Counted from the first letter of the stretch, positions 14,001-27,049 are shown. The stretch: DNA of 64,000 nucleotides from Bugula neritina (GCA_964035545.1 OZ037766.1:31238773-31302772); one strand, 5' to 3'. The notes: generated by a model from the sequence alone, not told the origin. Numbers and translations are program-made.

Positions 14001-16986
14001 CACAGTTTCAGCAGATGATTGCGGTTTGGAAATATGATTAGAGCTTCTAAATTCCATCACACAACCAATTCCTTCACATTACTGCAGTGTGGGTGGAGGG
14101 TAGCAGATCGATGAGGGAACTCAAGTGTGCCAGCCTTAACTAAATGTTAGACAGTACGTATTGTGTGCCCTTCGTACTATTAACTAGTTACTAGAGAGAG
14201 ATCAACTAAGTTACTAGATAGATAGTATGGGCCATCAACTAGATAGCATGGCTGACTAGTGAGGGAATATGTAGACCAGAAGTTTGAGACATGCTGACCA
14301 TGAGAACATAGAATGCTAAATGAATGGCTTTCATATAAACACAGCTGTCCTACTACAGTTACAACCACAAGGAAATTTTCAGTGCATGGGTGCACTTGTA
14401 TCAAAAACTTTACTTAAGGAATTGCAGGTAACGCAGTGACAATACCCACATCTACGTATCAACCAGCATGTAATTCAAAGGTGGAGTCTAAAAGGACCAA
14501 ATTAGTGCTCATACATGCTGGAACCTCTGAACTAACGTGAATAGGGGTCTACTATGTATGACAATTAGTACTATGGTACACTTACTTCCCCTCTCGGCAA
14601 TAATAACAACCTATCTGACTGCAAGCCAGAGATTACTTTAGATATCAAGACACAAAGTACATCTACTACTAGGATTAGCAAAAAATGATACAAAATATAA
14701 AGTAAACCAGCTACATATTCAAAGTAGCTCCATGTATATGTTCAAAATAAGCTGCTTTTGTACTTTTGAAAAGGTGAACTCTGTGGTAAACATCTAGTTT
14801 AACAATACTAGTTAGAATTACAAACTACAGTACAAAAGGCGGCTACAAAAATAAGAATGGCAAATTTATTTTGAATCTTACTGTCAAATGGTTAACTACT
14901 ACCACTAAGCCAACTAAAATGAATCTATCTGCTTTTTGAAAATAAAAAGCTTTTCTGTAAGCAACTGAAAATCTCACACGCATACAATGATGCTAAACTA
15001 ATACTCCTATACTGTAATGGTGGATAACTCTAAATGCTTAGGATCTACTCTCTGATTATTGAGAGCTTATTCCAGTGAAAAAACAGCGGAAAGTAGTATA
15101 CTTTTAGTAAGGAACTAGGCTAAATTCTTGGCTTTGAATAACTACGGAGGAGAGATATGGCGAGTAGAAGTTTTTTCAACTGTGAGTATGAATGTCAACA
15201 AGACTGATGATCAGTGTTAGACTAGTAACTCAAATTCAATGAATAATACTCACTTTGTTCAGTTTAGTATGTAATCCACTATTAGTACTGAGAGTATGAA
15301 TCTAGGTATTGATAGACTGAGTAATTATTTATTGATGCAGCTGGACTTACAGTCTACCCAAAATGCATCAGTAGAATCGTACTTTGCAATTATACTATTA
15401 TTTTCACCCACAGTATCGAACATTGCATCATTAAAAATTCATTACTCAAATGTTAATATCATATATTTAATATATTGAATGTTAATATATTATTTATAGA
15501 AATAATCAGCAATATAAATAAATAAAAAATTATTCAACATATAAATTATACTAATAGGCTTAGTACTAATACTATTTCCCAATACTAATCACAGTATTAG
15601 ACTAATGTGAATTACAGAATAGCAATAATCACACTAGCTCTAGAATAATTATAAAACTATCAACTGGTACTTACAACAAATGCAAGAAATAGGCATAATG
15701 ATAATTATTCTTATACTGATACTTATAGCCATAGCATCTGTAATGGCTATGACAGCAGACGCGTTACATTTAATTTTGCACTCATTATGAGTACATAGTC
15801 AGTGTGTTTATAACTTACAGACTTAACATTCTGGAAGATTGACTAAAACTATACTAGTATAACTATAACTATAACTATAAGTAATAGTTATACACTATTT
15901 GATTCTGGCTATACACTATAAGTATAACTATAAGTACATTCAGTATATAGATTTAGAATGAGAAGATAAGTAATAGTAATATTAATACTAACTTACACTT
16001 ACAGTCACTGTTAATGTTACTGTTACTGTTAGCGTTACACTAACAGTAACACTGAGTCTTACAGTTAGTGTTACACTTACTGGAATAGTAATCATCATGA
16101 TGATACAGATTGAGATAGTTACACTTATAATAATTATGATAAAATATAAATAAACTAAATTACCAATATCATTATCTATTTGAACGTTGACGCGCAGGAG
16201 TTTTTGTCGCACATCTCTAGTAAACTTTGCTACAGCAACTGGCGAGCACTTTCACATGCTAACTTAGATGTGTTTGGTCATTAATCACCGAGTGTCAGTA
16301 TGCTGGTCACATAAGCGTACTAGACAGTTGTTTTTCTGGTCAACAGCATTGCCTAGCGTTATTTGAAACAGCTATCAAAATAAGCAAATGATATGGCAGT
16401 TGAGATATTAGTTATGTTTTTCGACTTGACCCGCTGTTTCGTTTCCTGTTGCTGTAGACCAATCATTGATCACTAATAGTATGTATAGCAATGTATTAAC
16501 CATCATGCTCAAGATTTTGAAAACAAAATGGAAATGAAAATAAAAATGAGAAGTGACTATCATGATAATTATCAAATTAATTTGAATTACATAATTCATA
16601 ATAACTGTTATCTATTTTTTCAACTAATATTGCTTTAGTGGCATAGACTTTATGGTAATATATCAACTTGACTAGTTGACAAGCTACCTTTGGCTTCACT
16701 GTCCTACACTTTGACTTACTCTAACAGTAACTCTTACTCAGTCTTAGTCTTACTTTACTAACAGTATGAGTAACTCACTAACTGTGACTTACAGTTACTC
16801 TTAGTCTTAGTCTTACTAACTCTAACTCAGTTGTGAGTTACTCTTATACTTAGTCTAAGTCTTACACTTACACTACATTTTTCAATTCGAATTTGAATTT
16901 ACTTTAACTTTTACTTTTAGTTTTAGTAAAATTTGAATTTTATGTTAAACAAATTTATTTAATTTACTTTTTGCTTTAGTTTATAC

Positions 16987-18125
16987 CAGGGTTGGGGTAA
17001 TTGTAATTTGTAATTGTAATTGGCTGTAATTAATTACATTTTTTCAAGTAATTGAATGTAATTTGTAATTGAGGTTTAAAAATGTAATTGTAATTGTAAT
17101 TGTAATTAATTACATATCTAATGTAATTGATTTTTACAATTACTTTATAATTACATGTCAATTACTTCAAACTTTTAAATCTTAAAAAACTCCTTTTTCT
17201 ACAATGCCTACTGTTAAATAACAAGTTCAGATAGTTAGGTCTATATAGTAGGGTCATTCCATGCCAGCTCACCGAATTGCCCGCGTCTATTTGCGTCTCA
17301 GATTTTGTTAATGTTTACACCAAATAGACCTACACATGCCTCAAGTACTCTTCTTCAGTATTTCTGACCTGACACAAATTTTTTTTGAGAACTGACTACT
17401 TTTGTGGACAAAAGTTGAGAAACATTTTGAGGAAAATTTGTGATTTCTATTTTTAGACTAATCTATAAACGTCTATATCTCAATCAATTTTCCAGACTGA
17501 GCCTTAAATTTGCTGTGATTTGATAATACCCAACAATTTGCACTAGTAGCAACACATACTACAGAATACTTTGTGTGCATATATGCAAAATCATTGAATA
17601 TGAACAAATCTTTGTAAATTTTGAAAAATTTCAAATACTCGCCTAATCAAATTTTAAATTACATATAAATTGGTCTAAAAGTATAAATCACAAATTTTCC
17701 AACCTTTGTTCACCAAAGTAGTAATTTCTCAAAATGTTTTTGTGTCAGGCCAGAAATATTCACGAGTGGTAATCTGAACATGTGTAGGTCCATTTAGTGT
17801 AAATATGAGCAAAATCTGAGACACAAAGATGTGGGACTCCTTGAAAGTTGGTTGATTTGGTATGGAATGACATAATAGTATCACTGTAGAAAACAAAAGA
17901 GGTTCACCATTGCCGCTGGTAGTTGGACCCTAGAAGTAACTTCTATTTATTCCTTGCGAGAACAAAAGTAATTGTAATTGTAATTAATTACATTGCCATG
18001 TAATTGTAATTGTAATTAATTACATTTATTTTCAACTGTAATTATAATTGTAATTGTAATTGACAAATCTTCATGTAATTGTAATTGTAATTAATTACAT
18101 TTACATGTAATTGACCCCAACCCTG
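16987..18125. mobile_element. Non-autonomous hAT-like DNA transposon (1139 bp)
   Basis: TIRs cagggttgggg (16987-16997) and ccccaaccctg (18115-18125). Perfect 8-bp target-site duplication gtttatac at 16979-16986 and 18126-18133. Subterminal (gtaatt)n and gtaattaattac arrays at both ends. An 8-bp TSD with CAG termini is typical of hAT. No transposase ORF. Confidence 0.9.
17251..17874. mobile_element. Long-TIR MITE-like element nested in the hAT element
   Basis: ~250-bp degenerate inverted repeats: gggtcattccatgcc...gtctcagattttg...gacctacacatg...cctgacacaaa...gaaaatttgtgattt pairs with its reverse complement ending ...tatggaatgac. Flanked by atagta on both sides (possible TSD). Superfamily not assigned. 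Confidence 0.75.
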
Positions 18126-18620
18126 GTTTATACTTTATAGTTACTTCAAATTATAGTTATTCTTATAGTTATACTCATGCTAATTTATTGCTAATAGTAA
18201 TACTCATGCCTCATGGTGACGGTGAGTTCATGGTCATAATATTACTTTCTCTTAATTATATTTATTCATTTACCCTTTTAGTTCAACTTGCAGTTACTGA
18301 TAGTGATACTCATACAAACACATCTATCACTATTACTATTAGTATTAGACTAATGGTATTAGTATTAGTATTAGTATTACTATTACTGTTAATATTACTA
18401 TTAGTATTACTACTACTACTAGCACTGAGAGTGAGCAATACTAATAGTAATTCTAATAGTAATAGTAGTACTATTACTAACTCTAAGTGTAGCAGTAGCA
18501 CTAGGAGTAAGTGTAACAGTAACTCCATGTGTATCAGTAACTTGCAGTGACAATAATAGTAATTCTGAACTATATATACTGATACTCACCTATAATTATA
18601 CTTATGCTTATATTCTGGTT
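18126..18620. repeat. Low-complexity region with 6-bp periodicity (tagtat/tactat/gttact)
   Basis: Degenerate hexamer repeats, also at ~15850-16130 and ~16720-16980. They explain the spurious poly-hydrophobic ORFs. Confidence 0.7.
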
Positions 18621-21353
18621 TTACTCCTATGTGTCTGAGTCCTTGTCTGAATTATTCTCAAGTGAAAAGTAAAAACACTCACCTTTCAATTGTTGAAGAT
18701 CCCGAGGCTAATACCATTTTTCGTGAGCTAAATCTGCATTTTCAACTATTATTGTAGCGCTGAGGTGAAACCTAGCCCTCAATGATTAATCCCACTCAAG
18801 CAGTAGTTAGCGATAAATAAAGCTATTTTGGCTTTGTAATTATTCACAGTTAACTTGACTGTTGTGATCTGATAGTTATTTAATAGATTTACTGAGTTTT
18901 CCGTTAAAAATGTTAAGGTACCTAGTTATCCAGCGTGGTTTTTTAGCTAGCCATAAAAACTCACAGCTATTTCTATCAAACTCTCCCTTTATTTATCCAC
19001 AGAATGACATTCATAGAGGCCCAGTAAAATCTTTGAAATTTAGGAGGAGGCTAAGTTAGCATTTGAGTGCTGTTGATAATTTTTTTTAGCTTCTAGAAGA
19101 CGGGAAATTTAGATTTAAAAGTGAGATCCTAAAATATCATCTGTTATAGATTTCTGTTACTAAGATCGTAAAACATACTTGATTTGTTTCGTTAAAGCGT
19201 AATTTGTAAAACAACAATTAGAAAAAATAAACTCATTAAAGTAAATGATGAGAGAATTTTCACTATAAAAAATGTATTTTTCCCTTTTGTTATAATTGTA
19301 TTTTTTGCATCTTTTGTATTTTCATGTTTGGAAAATGTTTATGACCTAATGCTTAAACTATTTCAAGTTTTTGCCATAAATTAACAATGTTGGTTAAATA
19401 TTAAGCAAATATTTTTCTAAGAATGCAAAAATAAATTATTTTTACTAGTTTAAATTTTTTTCAGTAATCATGCAAAAAGCTAATTCACATGAAAATAATG
19501 CTCCATTCTCAATGTTAAAGTATGCAGGCATATTAAATGAAAATTGTATTAGCTAGCCCACCTTTTGATTTAGTATATGATAGAATTCACTTATGTTGTT
19601 GTTTAAAAATACTAGACTACCTTTTTGGAATGAATAAATATACCCAACAATTTTCAGTTTAGAATGGAATTTTTGTTGGAGGTTTTGCTGCAGCTAACAA
19701 TATACTTTTGGCATGTACTTAAATCTAAGGTTGTTAAGCGATTTGACCTCTAAAATTGTTTTTGTGAAATACTGAAAAGCGAAACATCGCATTCTCTAAA
19801 AAAGAGATTTATTTCTCACCGTAAAGCTGAATCTTTGATATGTATTTGTGATGAGAGATTGGCAACAGATTCAACTGTCAGATCATATCCGCTAACTGTT
19901 TTTGCTTCTCAGATTTATTATCGAGTTATGCAACGCTGCACCTGGTAATACCTTTCAGTCCGTGTCACAGCCAACCTGTTTTCTTAGGATCACCATGACA
20001 TAAGCTTTGATAAAACATCATGCCGATATACTTTTGCAAGTGCAAAAACGTACATTATTCTATCAAATTTTTGGCAAAGCATTTTGTTTTCCAATAATCA
20101 AGTGGGTAATTTTTTGTTTACGCTAGCATATAATAGCATTAGAAAATATCTTGGCTATGGTAAATATAAATCTGATGTGACTTGAAGGCTATTGGTGGCT
20201 TTATCAGTTTTCAGTAAACAAAATTACCCACTCAAGTTGGTATGATGATTCCAGTGGGTAAATAATACATTTCAAAACGTTATACAAGGCGTTACATCAT
20301 AATTTACAAGAAAAACTATTTTGATAGCGAAATAATTCAAGCTATACACTGATTCAAAACATAATTAACGTATTTCAAGACAGTTCAAGATTAGGATGAT
20401 AAAGCTTGTACTCTGTAAAAAAATCTCACAAAGGGCTGCCTCCCTTGCAGCCCAAACCAAAATCTGTAAGCTTAGTTTAGATATTTAGCCAGCTGCAAGA
20501 AAAATGATCAGTTTTAAATGCATATCTTATTGTAGTAAATCACCACCCAATGTGTCAGCAGGCAGTGTTTCTGTTCATATGTAATAGTAATCAACTTTTT
20601 TTGTTGTCTGCAACTATTTTGAAGTTTTTTATCTTTGAAAACTGTTTTTTATAGCTTGTTTGAGAATTAATGAGTTTTAGTTGAAACATAGTTGTTATAC
20701 CTCTTGGGAAGTGTGATTTTATTTAAATTTGTTTTAATCCGGCATTCCAGTGTGTTGAGTCATGAGTCTCTAATCCAAGACACACTTTTTGTAAATGTTA
20801 TTCATTGCTCTCAAATGGTTCAACTGTTTTTATCAGTTGATGACGTTATCCTAAAATGTTGTTGAAGGAAACAGGTTTTGATGCAAAAAGCATTCCTTAT
20901 AAGTTTATACTAGTTTTCCCACAAGACTATTGATAAAAGCAGCCGAGTTAAAAACTGTTAGAGACTACCCATTTGTTTTATGCTGTAAAAATACAATTTC
21001 TGCAAAAATATAATTTAACATAATGATAGTTTTTAAGTGCAGCTCAAGCATAAATATATGCAAATACTGAAGGGATAAAACCTGTGTACTTATTTATGGC
21101 AACTACCTTCTCTATTGTCTCAACCATTCTCACCACTTTAAGTTTGATCTTCATTAGGGTTGTTGCAATGTCATAGATATTTAATTGTCTAAATGTCATA
21201 CTGCTCCAATCCCCACATGGTCAATTAAATAGCTTGTCCTATATTCTTACTTACATTTACATATTTTGTTTCGTAATGTCTAATAATTTATGTACGTTAT
21301 TAATAAAGTTAGTATCATTTGCAACATGTAGTTGGTCAGTGACTTGAGTGAGC

Positions 21354-24300
21354 ATGACAGATGTCCTTAAGCCACAAGTTCTTCGATTGGGTAATTTTTG
21401 CTACAGAGTCAATCCCGGAGACAAATTGTCTGATAATGATTCTCTCCAAATGCACTATGGAGAAGAAACTAACTTCACAGAGTTAGAACCAGGTGAATTC
21501 ATCAGCTCACACCATTGCTAGCCAAATCCTGTTTGAATCAAATTAATTAAATTAAATTGCCCAATAAATTATATATGCTTGCTCCGATATTTTTCCTCCA
21601 TTACATTGTGAATAATGGTTGCTCATTAGCTACTTTGGTTTCTACTAATTCCTGCCCCCTCTTTACATATATTTTACACCATTCAGCTGCTAGAATCTTA
21701 GATGTAACTTCAACTAGCAGTGATTGCATTATTTTACTTGTTTTAAATCTTCTGATTGCAGTTTCCATTTTTTAGTCCTTTTTCTTTATCTGTACCATTT
21801 TTTGCTTCATGCTAATCAGGCCGGCTTAGAGTCTCTCATTCCAAATGCCTGTCATTCCGTTTGATTGATTAAGTAAATCGATTCTCAAACACATATAAAC
21901 ATTTATAAAATTTGTACGCTTAGCTGGTCGCAAGATTTTCACTAGGCTTTGGCACCACCATGTTAACCTAGCACAGTTTAGCTTTGGCTTAAGACTGCTT
22001 ATTCGCCTAGTTTTAGCACTAAGTCCAATTCTAACTAATAATTTGAAGACATATTTTTGGGTATTGAAAGAAACTTCTATTTACTCATTCCTGGATTCTT
22101 TGAAGATTTATAAGCTTTCGTAGACTCATTTTCCAAGAAATATCCCACATCAAGGCATTAACGTGGACAATATTGTTCTAGTTCTTTGCAGAATTTTTAG
22201 TCTGTTGAAAACTTGGCTTTGGATATTGTAGAGTTAAGTTGATGCTAATAGTAAAGTATATTATAGCTGGCAGCGTTCTATTTATAGCTGGCAGTGGAGC
22301 AGATGTTGATAGCCGAGTCAAAGAGGTTTCTCCAGGGAGATTTGCTGCCTCACTGGATATTCCGTCGGCATTGTTTAGGTGAACATCTGATTGTGTTCTG
22401 GGGAGACAACCATTGGCCATCTAGAAGCTCTTCACTCTACTAGTAGCTCTTCACTCTACTAGTAGCTCACGGTCTTCTGCTAACTAATGTAGCATCTGGT
22501 CTCTTGTATTGTTACATTTAAACTTTGAAGCCATGTTGCCGGATTTAGAGGAAGTTCATAGAATGTCGAACAATTCTTGGGGGGGGGGGGGGGAGGGGGG
22601 TGATGGCTGTGAGCAAGCTCTAAAACTGTGGGCTACATATTCTCTGGTTGTTGCACCAGATTGTTGCATGGCCAGACCATTTCTGGTTCATAAATGAACC
22701 ATTTTGATTGACTGAGCAATTTAAAAAGTTTTAATTAATATCAATTTTTCTCACAAAGAAGATTTAATTATAACTCTAACTCAGAGTTATTTTCTTATAT
22801 TTGTATTCATTGTTAGATGCAGCAATAAGTGAAATTTATTCATGAATTTTGCATGTAGAGTTAACCTACATACTTAGCCTTCGTAGCTTTGCAGAGTTGT
22901 GTTTTCAGGTTTATTATTGGCAAAAAAGGAGACACAAAGAGAAAACTAGAATATGAAACTAGATGTACTATTGTAATACCAGCTAGAGGGGTAGAGGGTG
23001 CTATAGGTAGGCCCCCTTCATTATCTAATATAAGTTCATTGATTTATGCTCAGTCATTCTAAACACGTTGCTTAGAATGACTGAGCATAAATCAATGCAT
23101 TTAATTACGTATTATAATTATATTATAATATATATAGATTATAATATAATTGCACAAAAAATCAAGATACTGCTGTAAGCACTTATACACTTCTGTGTCC
23201 CACAAATGATAATTTTATAGAGATTTTGACATATGTTGGATTTGTCTCCTCATGTTTTCACACAGTATTAAGATGCACAACTCCTAATTATAATGATTTT
23301 TACTGCATTTACTTTTACTACATAATAGTTGTCAGCTGGTGTAGCATTTTAAAGGCATATCTTATGGTAACTTAGCATTGTGTGCCAATGATATACTTTA
23401 CCTATATAAGATATTTTGTTCGATCAAGTTAGATGTTACTGTATATAAAATACAAAGTAACTTGAGAAATCCTAATTTTCTAGAGCCATAGCATATAATG
23501 TTATATTAAAATTTTGTTTATTATTTTTTTATAATACTTTTATTTATTAAAAGAAATAGGATATAAAGTAATAATTTCAAAGCTACTAGTTTCAATTTAC
23601 CTAAATGGACATGTATTAATATGCAAATGAAATTTATTTAGTTTTACTGAGTTGCTCATTGGTCGTTACACAGTGTACTCATTGCTCATTGGTCGTTACA
23701 GTGATAAAAGGTAAAACAGCCAGGTCCGTGACGTCTGCAATTACTCGTATCGAAGTTCTCGCTGACTCTGGCAGACAGAAGACAGACTTTACTCACTTTG
23801 TCAGCGTGCCTATGACTCACCCCGTGGTCCAGAGACATTTCCAGAAGTTTCAAGAGCAGGTCTTGACCCAATTCTCAGTACGTCTGTCCTTCGTATTCTA
23901 TACATAATATTGTTAATCAGGCACCGCAGCAAAGTGTTATATGGACTTTAGTTATTAATGTTCACATCCTGCCATTCATTTCTTGCAGTCACCTAGGTTG
24001 AATTGTTTACAGAATTTTGTATTCTAAACTATATAAGTAAAGTAAATAAAATAAGAGTAATCATAAATTAAAAGTAAATTATAACTAAAGTAGAAAAGTT
24101 AACTAAAAACTGTGCATTCATTTTTTTGATGTAAGAAAATAACATGGTATAGTATGATACATAACTTCTTAGGTGGTGTTTGTCATTGTGTGCTTATTCT
24201 TGTATATTATTTGTTGCGAGTCATTGCATATATTTAGGACTTAGGGCTAAGGATTGTATTAAATTATTGGTTACTCTGATATCTATAAACACTTTCTTAC

Positions 24301-27049
24301 TACAGTACTAGTTGGACTGTGTAGATATCAGTGTGATTGGCATAGACAAGATGTTAATGCTCTACATAGGGAGCTGGTTTTATTGGCTGAACAACTATTA
24401 TAGAAATCCATTGTGGTTTCTTTGCGGGAAGATTTTAGAAAATATTGATAAACCGAAATATTTTGTTATGTCCTGAGATAAATAGTTTTTTTCTCTTTTT
24501 GTTCAACTTTAATTCTTATTTATAAGGTTTAGCTAGCTCTTTCCCAAACTGCATTTTATATCTTATGCAGATGGTAATATCTTTTATAGGTTGTAATAGT
24601 ATAATCATTTGGTAATAACATTAAGTTGCTTTGCAAGTATTTATGTTGTTAGATTTCATTTTAGAAATGCCACGGTGTCGATGAAAGCATTTTCCAGAAC
24701 CCGGATAAGTTGCATCTCACCGTTGCCACCCTCACATTGCTCAATGACTCTGAGGTTACTCAAGCTACAGAACTTATTCTCTCTTGTGCTGACGAACTCT
24801 CCCAGTAAGTGTGGCCTCAGTTCTACTCCAACTTCTATCTTCAGTGACAAGGATTTCTAGCGGCTAAAATGTATTGATTTCAATCTACAAGTTCAGTGAT
24901 TTTTTTCTGTTATTTCATAGTAATCGGCCCTGAAGGGACCTGGAAAAGCAATTTGACATCTAGTTTTAGCTGTTGCAGCGTTTTGATATTTTTTCATAGA
25001 TATATTCTGTACGTTTAGTTTCTACATGAAATTGTCTTTCCTATTTCCATAGCAACCAATTAGAGATCATCTCATTGGCCAATTGAATCAGGAATTTATT
25101 TATCCTGAGGGAATGTATGATCTATTTGTGATTGCTGAGATCACAAATTCATTTAATTAGTTTCTTCTTGTTTCAAGTTTTAAGATTTTAATTTTGTAGA
25201 TCTGCAGGGATTTAATAATATAGCATAATAATATGATATAATAAAATAATATTACAATAATATAAAACAATAATATAAAGCAACAATTTAATATTACAGT
25301 AGTGTAATACAGTAATATGATAATGCTATGGTCTGTGTTTATCACACCAATGTATTGTGCTTTTTATATGATTAGAATGGTAGAGTATACCGTCTATGCT
25401 TTGTATGCATATCAGTAAATAACTTTCATGGTATGAAAGAGCAATGACATCTTAGTGACAGCATACCACATGTAGTTACTAGATTGTCTAGAGCTCTGTG
25501 TTTTATGAACTAGCCTTAGAACCACGTGTGACTAGCATACTGACATAGAGCTTAGTCTTTATATTGATGATGTCTAAGGATTCATGTTTAACTTTACAAA
25601 CTATGAATTTGTAGGAAACTTGGTAGTGATCCTAAGCTACGAATACAGAACTTAGACTACATGAACGACGATCCGACTTCTATAGACGTCCTCTACGCCA
25701 AAGTGAGATCAGCGGACAACTCCAACTTGTATGCAGTTAAACACTACTCAACTGTTTCTAATTAGTACTAACTGTTACTATTACTAACTGTTGCTAACTG
25801 TAACTTTTACTAACTATTACTAACTGTTACTAACTATGACTATTACTGTTACTAACTATTACTAACTGTAACTATTACTAACTGTTACTAACTTTTTTTG
25901 TCTTTGTGTAAACATATTATAGTTTTATGTAGTTAGCTTTTTGCAATGTCTGTATTACAGTACATTGTGTGTGTATTGCAGTATATTGTGTGTATTGCAG
26001 TATATTGTGTGTATTATGGTGTACTGTGTGTATTATAGTGTGCTGTGTTGTGTGTATTATAGTGTACTGTGTATATTATGTATAGTTGCTAGTTTAGTAT
26101 CTCAAATGTTTAATACTCTGCACTGCTAACTGCTAACTAACTGCACTACTTACTTTCAACTTCCTAACAGTAAAACTAAGCACTTTTATTGTATTATAAA
26201 TACAATTATTGTGTCTTCTCAAGATTCACACTAAAAATATAAGTTATTACTTTCGTATTGATTGCTGAAATGACTAGAAGAAAGGTTTTTATTGATATGT
26301 TCAAACTTTCAATTTTTATTCAATTATATAATTTCATTTTAGGTTTCAAATAGCCGTGGACTTGTTATGCTCTCGTTTGGCTGAGGCAGGAATATCGAGA
26401 CAGGATTTCCAGAGAGACCGAGTGAAGTTGCACGTAACGCTGATGAACACACTTTTCAGAAAAGATACGGGAGGTGGAGGACCCGGCCCAGGGGGGAGAA
26501 ACTCCAAACCTCGAGAAACATTTGACGCTCAGTCTATGCTGAAGGTGTGTTGGGTTTAGTTTAGTAGATAGGCTTGTGTTTATGAACAAAGCCAAAACAG
26601 CATCTAAGATGCCTACTAATGATTTTTTTATTTTATTAATTCAGTACAAAAGAACCTTAAAGAGTGCAAAATAGTAAACTGTGGCTATTGTTTATATTTC
26701 AAGCTAAAATTTAAATCTTTCAATTTTCTTAGTTCTTTTTTTTTTTGTACTAACTTTAATTTACAAAGTGCATTTTCTGCAAATTGATGTGCATGTGTAT
26801 GTTATATATAAAGGTGCATGTCTTTTCACCACCTATATTCAATGGCAAACAGATTTGTATATTTTTCTGTGTCAATCTTGATATTTATGTAATCATATTT
26901 TAATGTAATTCATGTTTCAGGTCATGGAAACTTTCGACTTCGGTGAAATCCCCTTCCCAGGATTCCACTTGTCTAAGAGATACTCCACGTCGTGTACTGG
27001 ATACTACGAGACTGTGGTAGACATAATAACCAGTGGATCTGGTTCCTAG
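21354..27049 (+). CDS. ASCC1: Activating signal cointegrator 1 complex subunit 1 (KH domain + 2H phosphoesterase)
   Basis: Eight phase-consistent exons: 21354-21492, 22288-22378, 22909-23006, 23702-23877, 24665-24804, 25615-25728, 26343-26544, 26921-27049 (TAG). N-terminus MTDVLKPQVLRLGNFCYRVNP; KH GxxG loop FIIGKKGDTKRKLE; FTHF; two HxT motifs FQNPDKLHLT and VKLHVTLMNTLFRK; YMNDDPTSIDVLYAKV; RETFDA. All match recalled ASCC1 motifs. Confidence 0.96.
23037..23097. repeat. Perfect 26-bp inverted repeat with 9-nt loop (61-nt hairpin) in ASCC1 intron 3
   Basis: cattgatttatgctcagtcattctaa - acacgttgc - ttagaatgactgagcataaatcaatg. Confidence 0.95.
25766..25892 (+). repeat. Array of ~10-bp units containing nine TACTAAC heptamers in ASCC1 intron 6
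   Basis: TACTAAC at about 25766, 25782, 25808, 25818, 25828, 25850, 25860, 25876 and 25886. Confidence 0.9.
25948..26085. repeat. Degenerate ~17-19-bp tandem repeat (tgtgtattgcagtatat-like)
   Basis: Visible repeats in ASCC1 intron 6. Confidence 0.7.

Noticed and set aside
18188-18550. Hydrophobic and Ser/Asn-rich ORFs on both strands resembling membrane proteins (also 15988-16212)
   Set aside because: They arise from 6-bp-period low-complexity DNA and have no splice or homology support.
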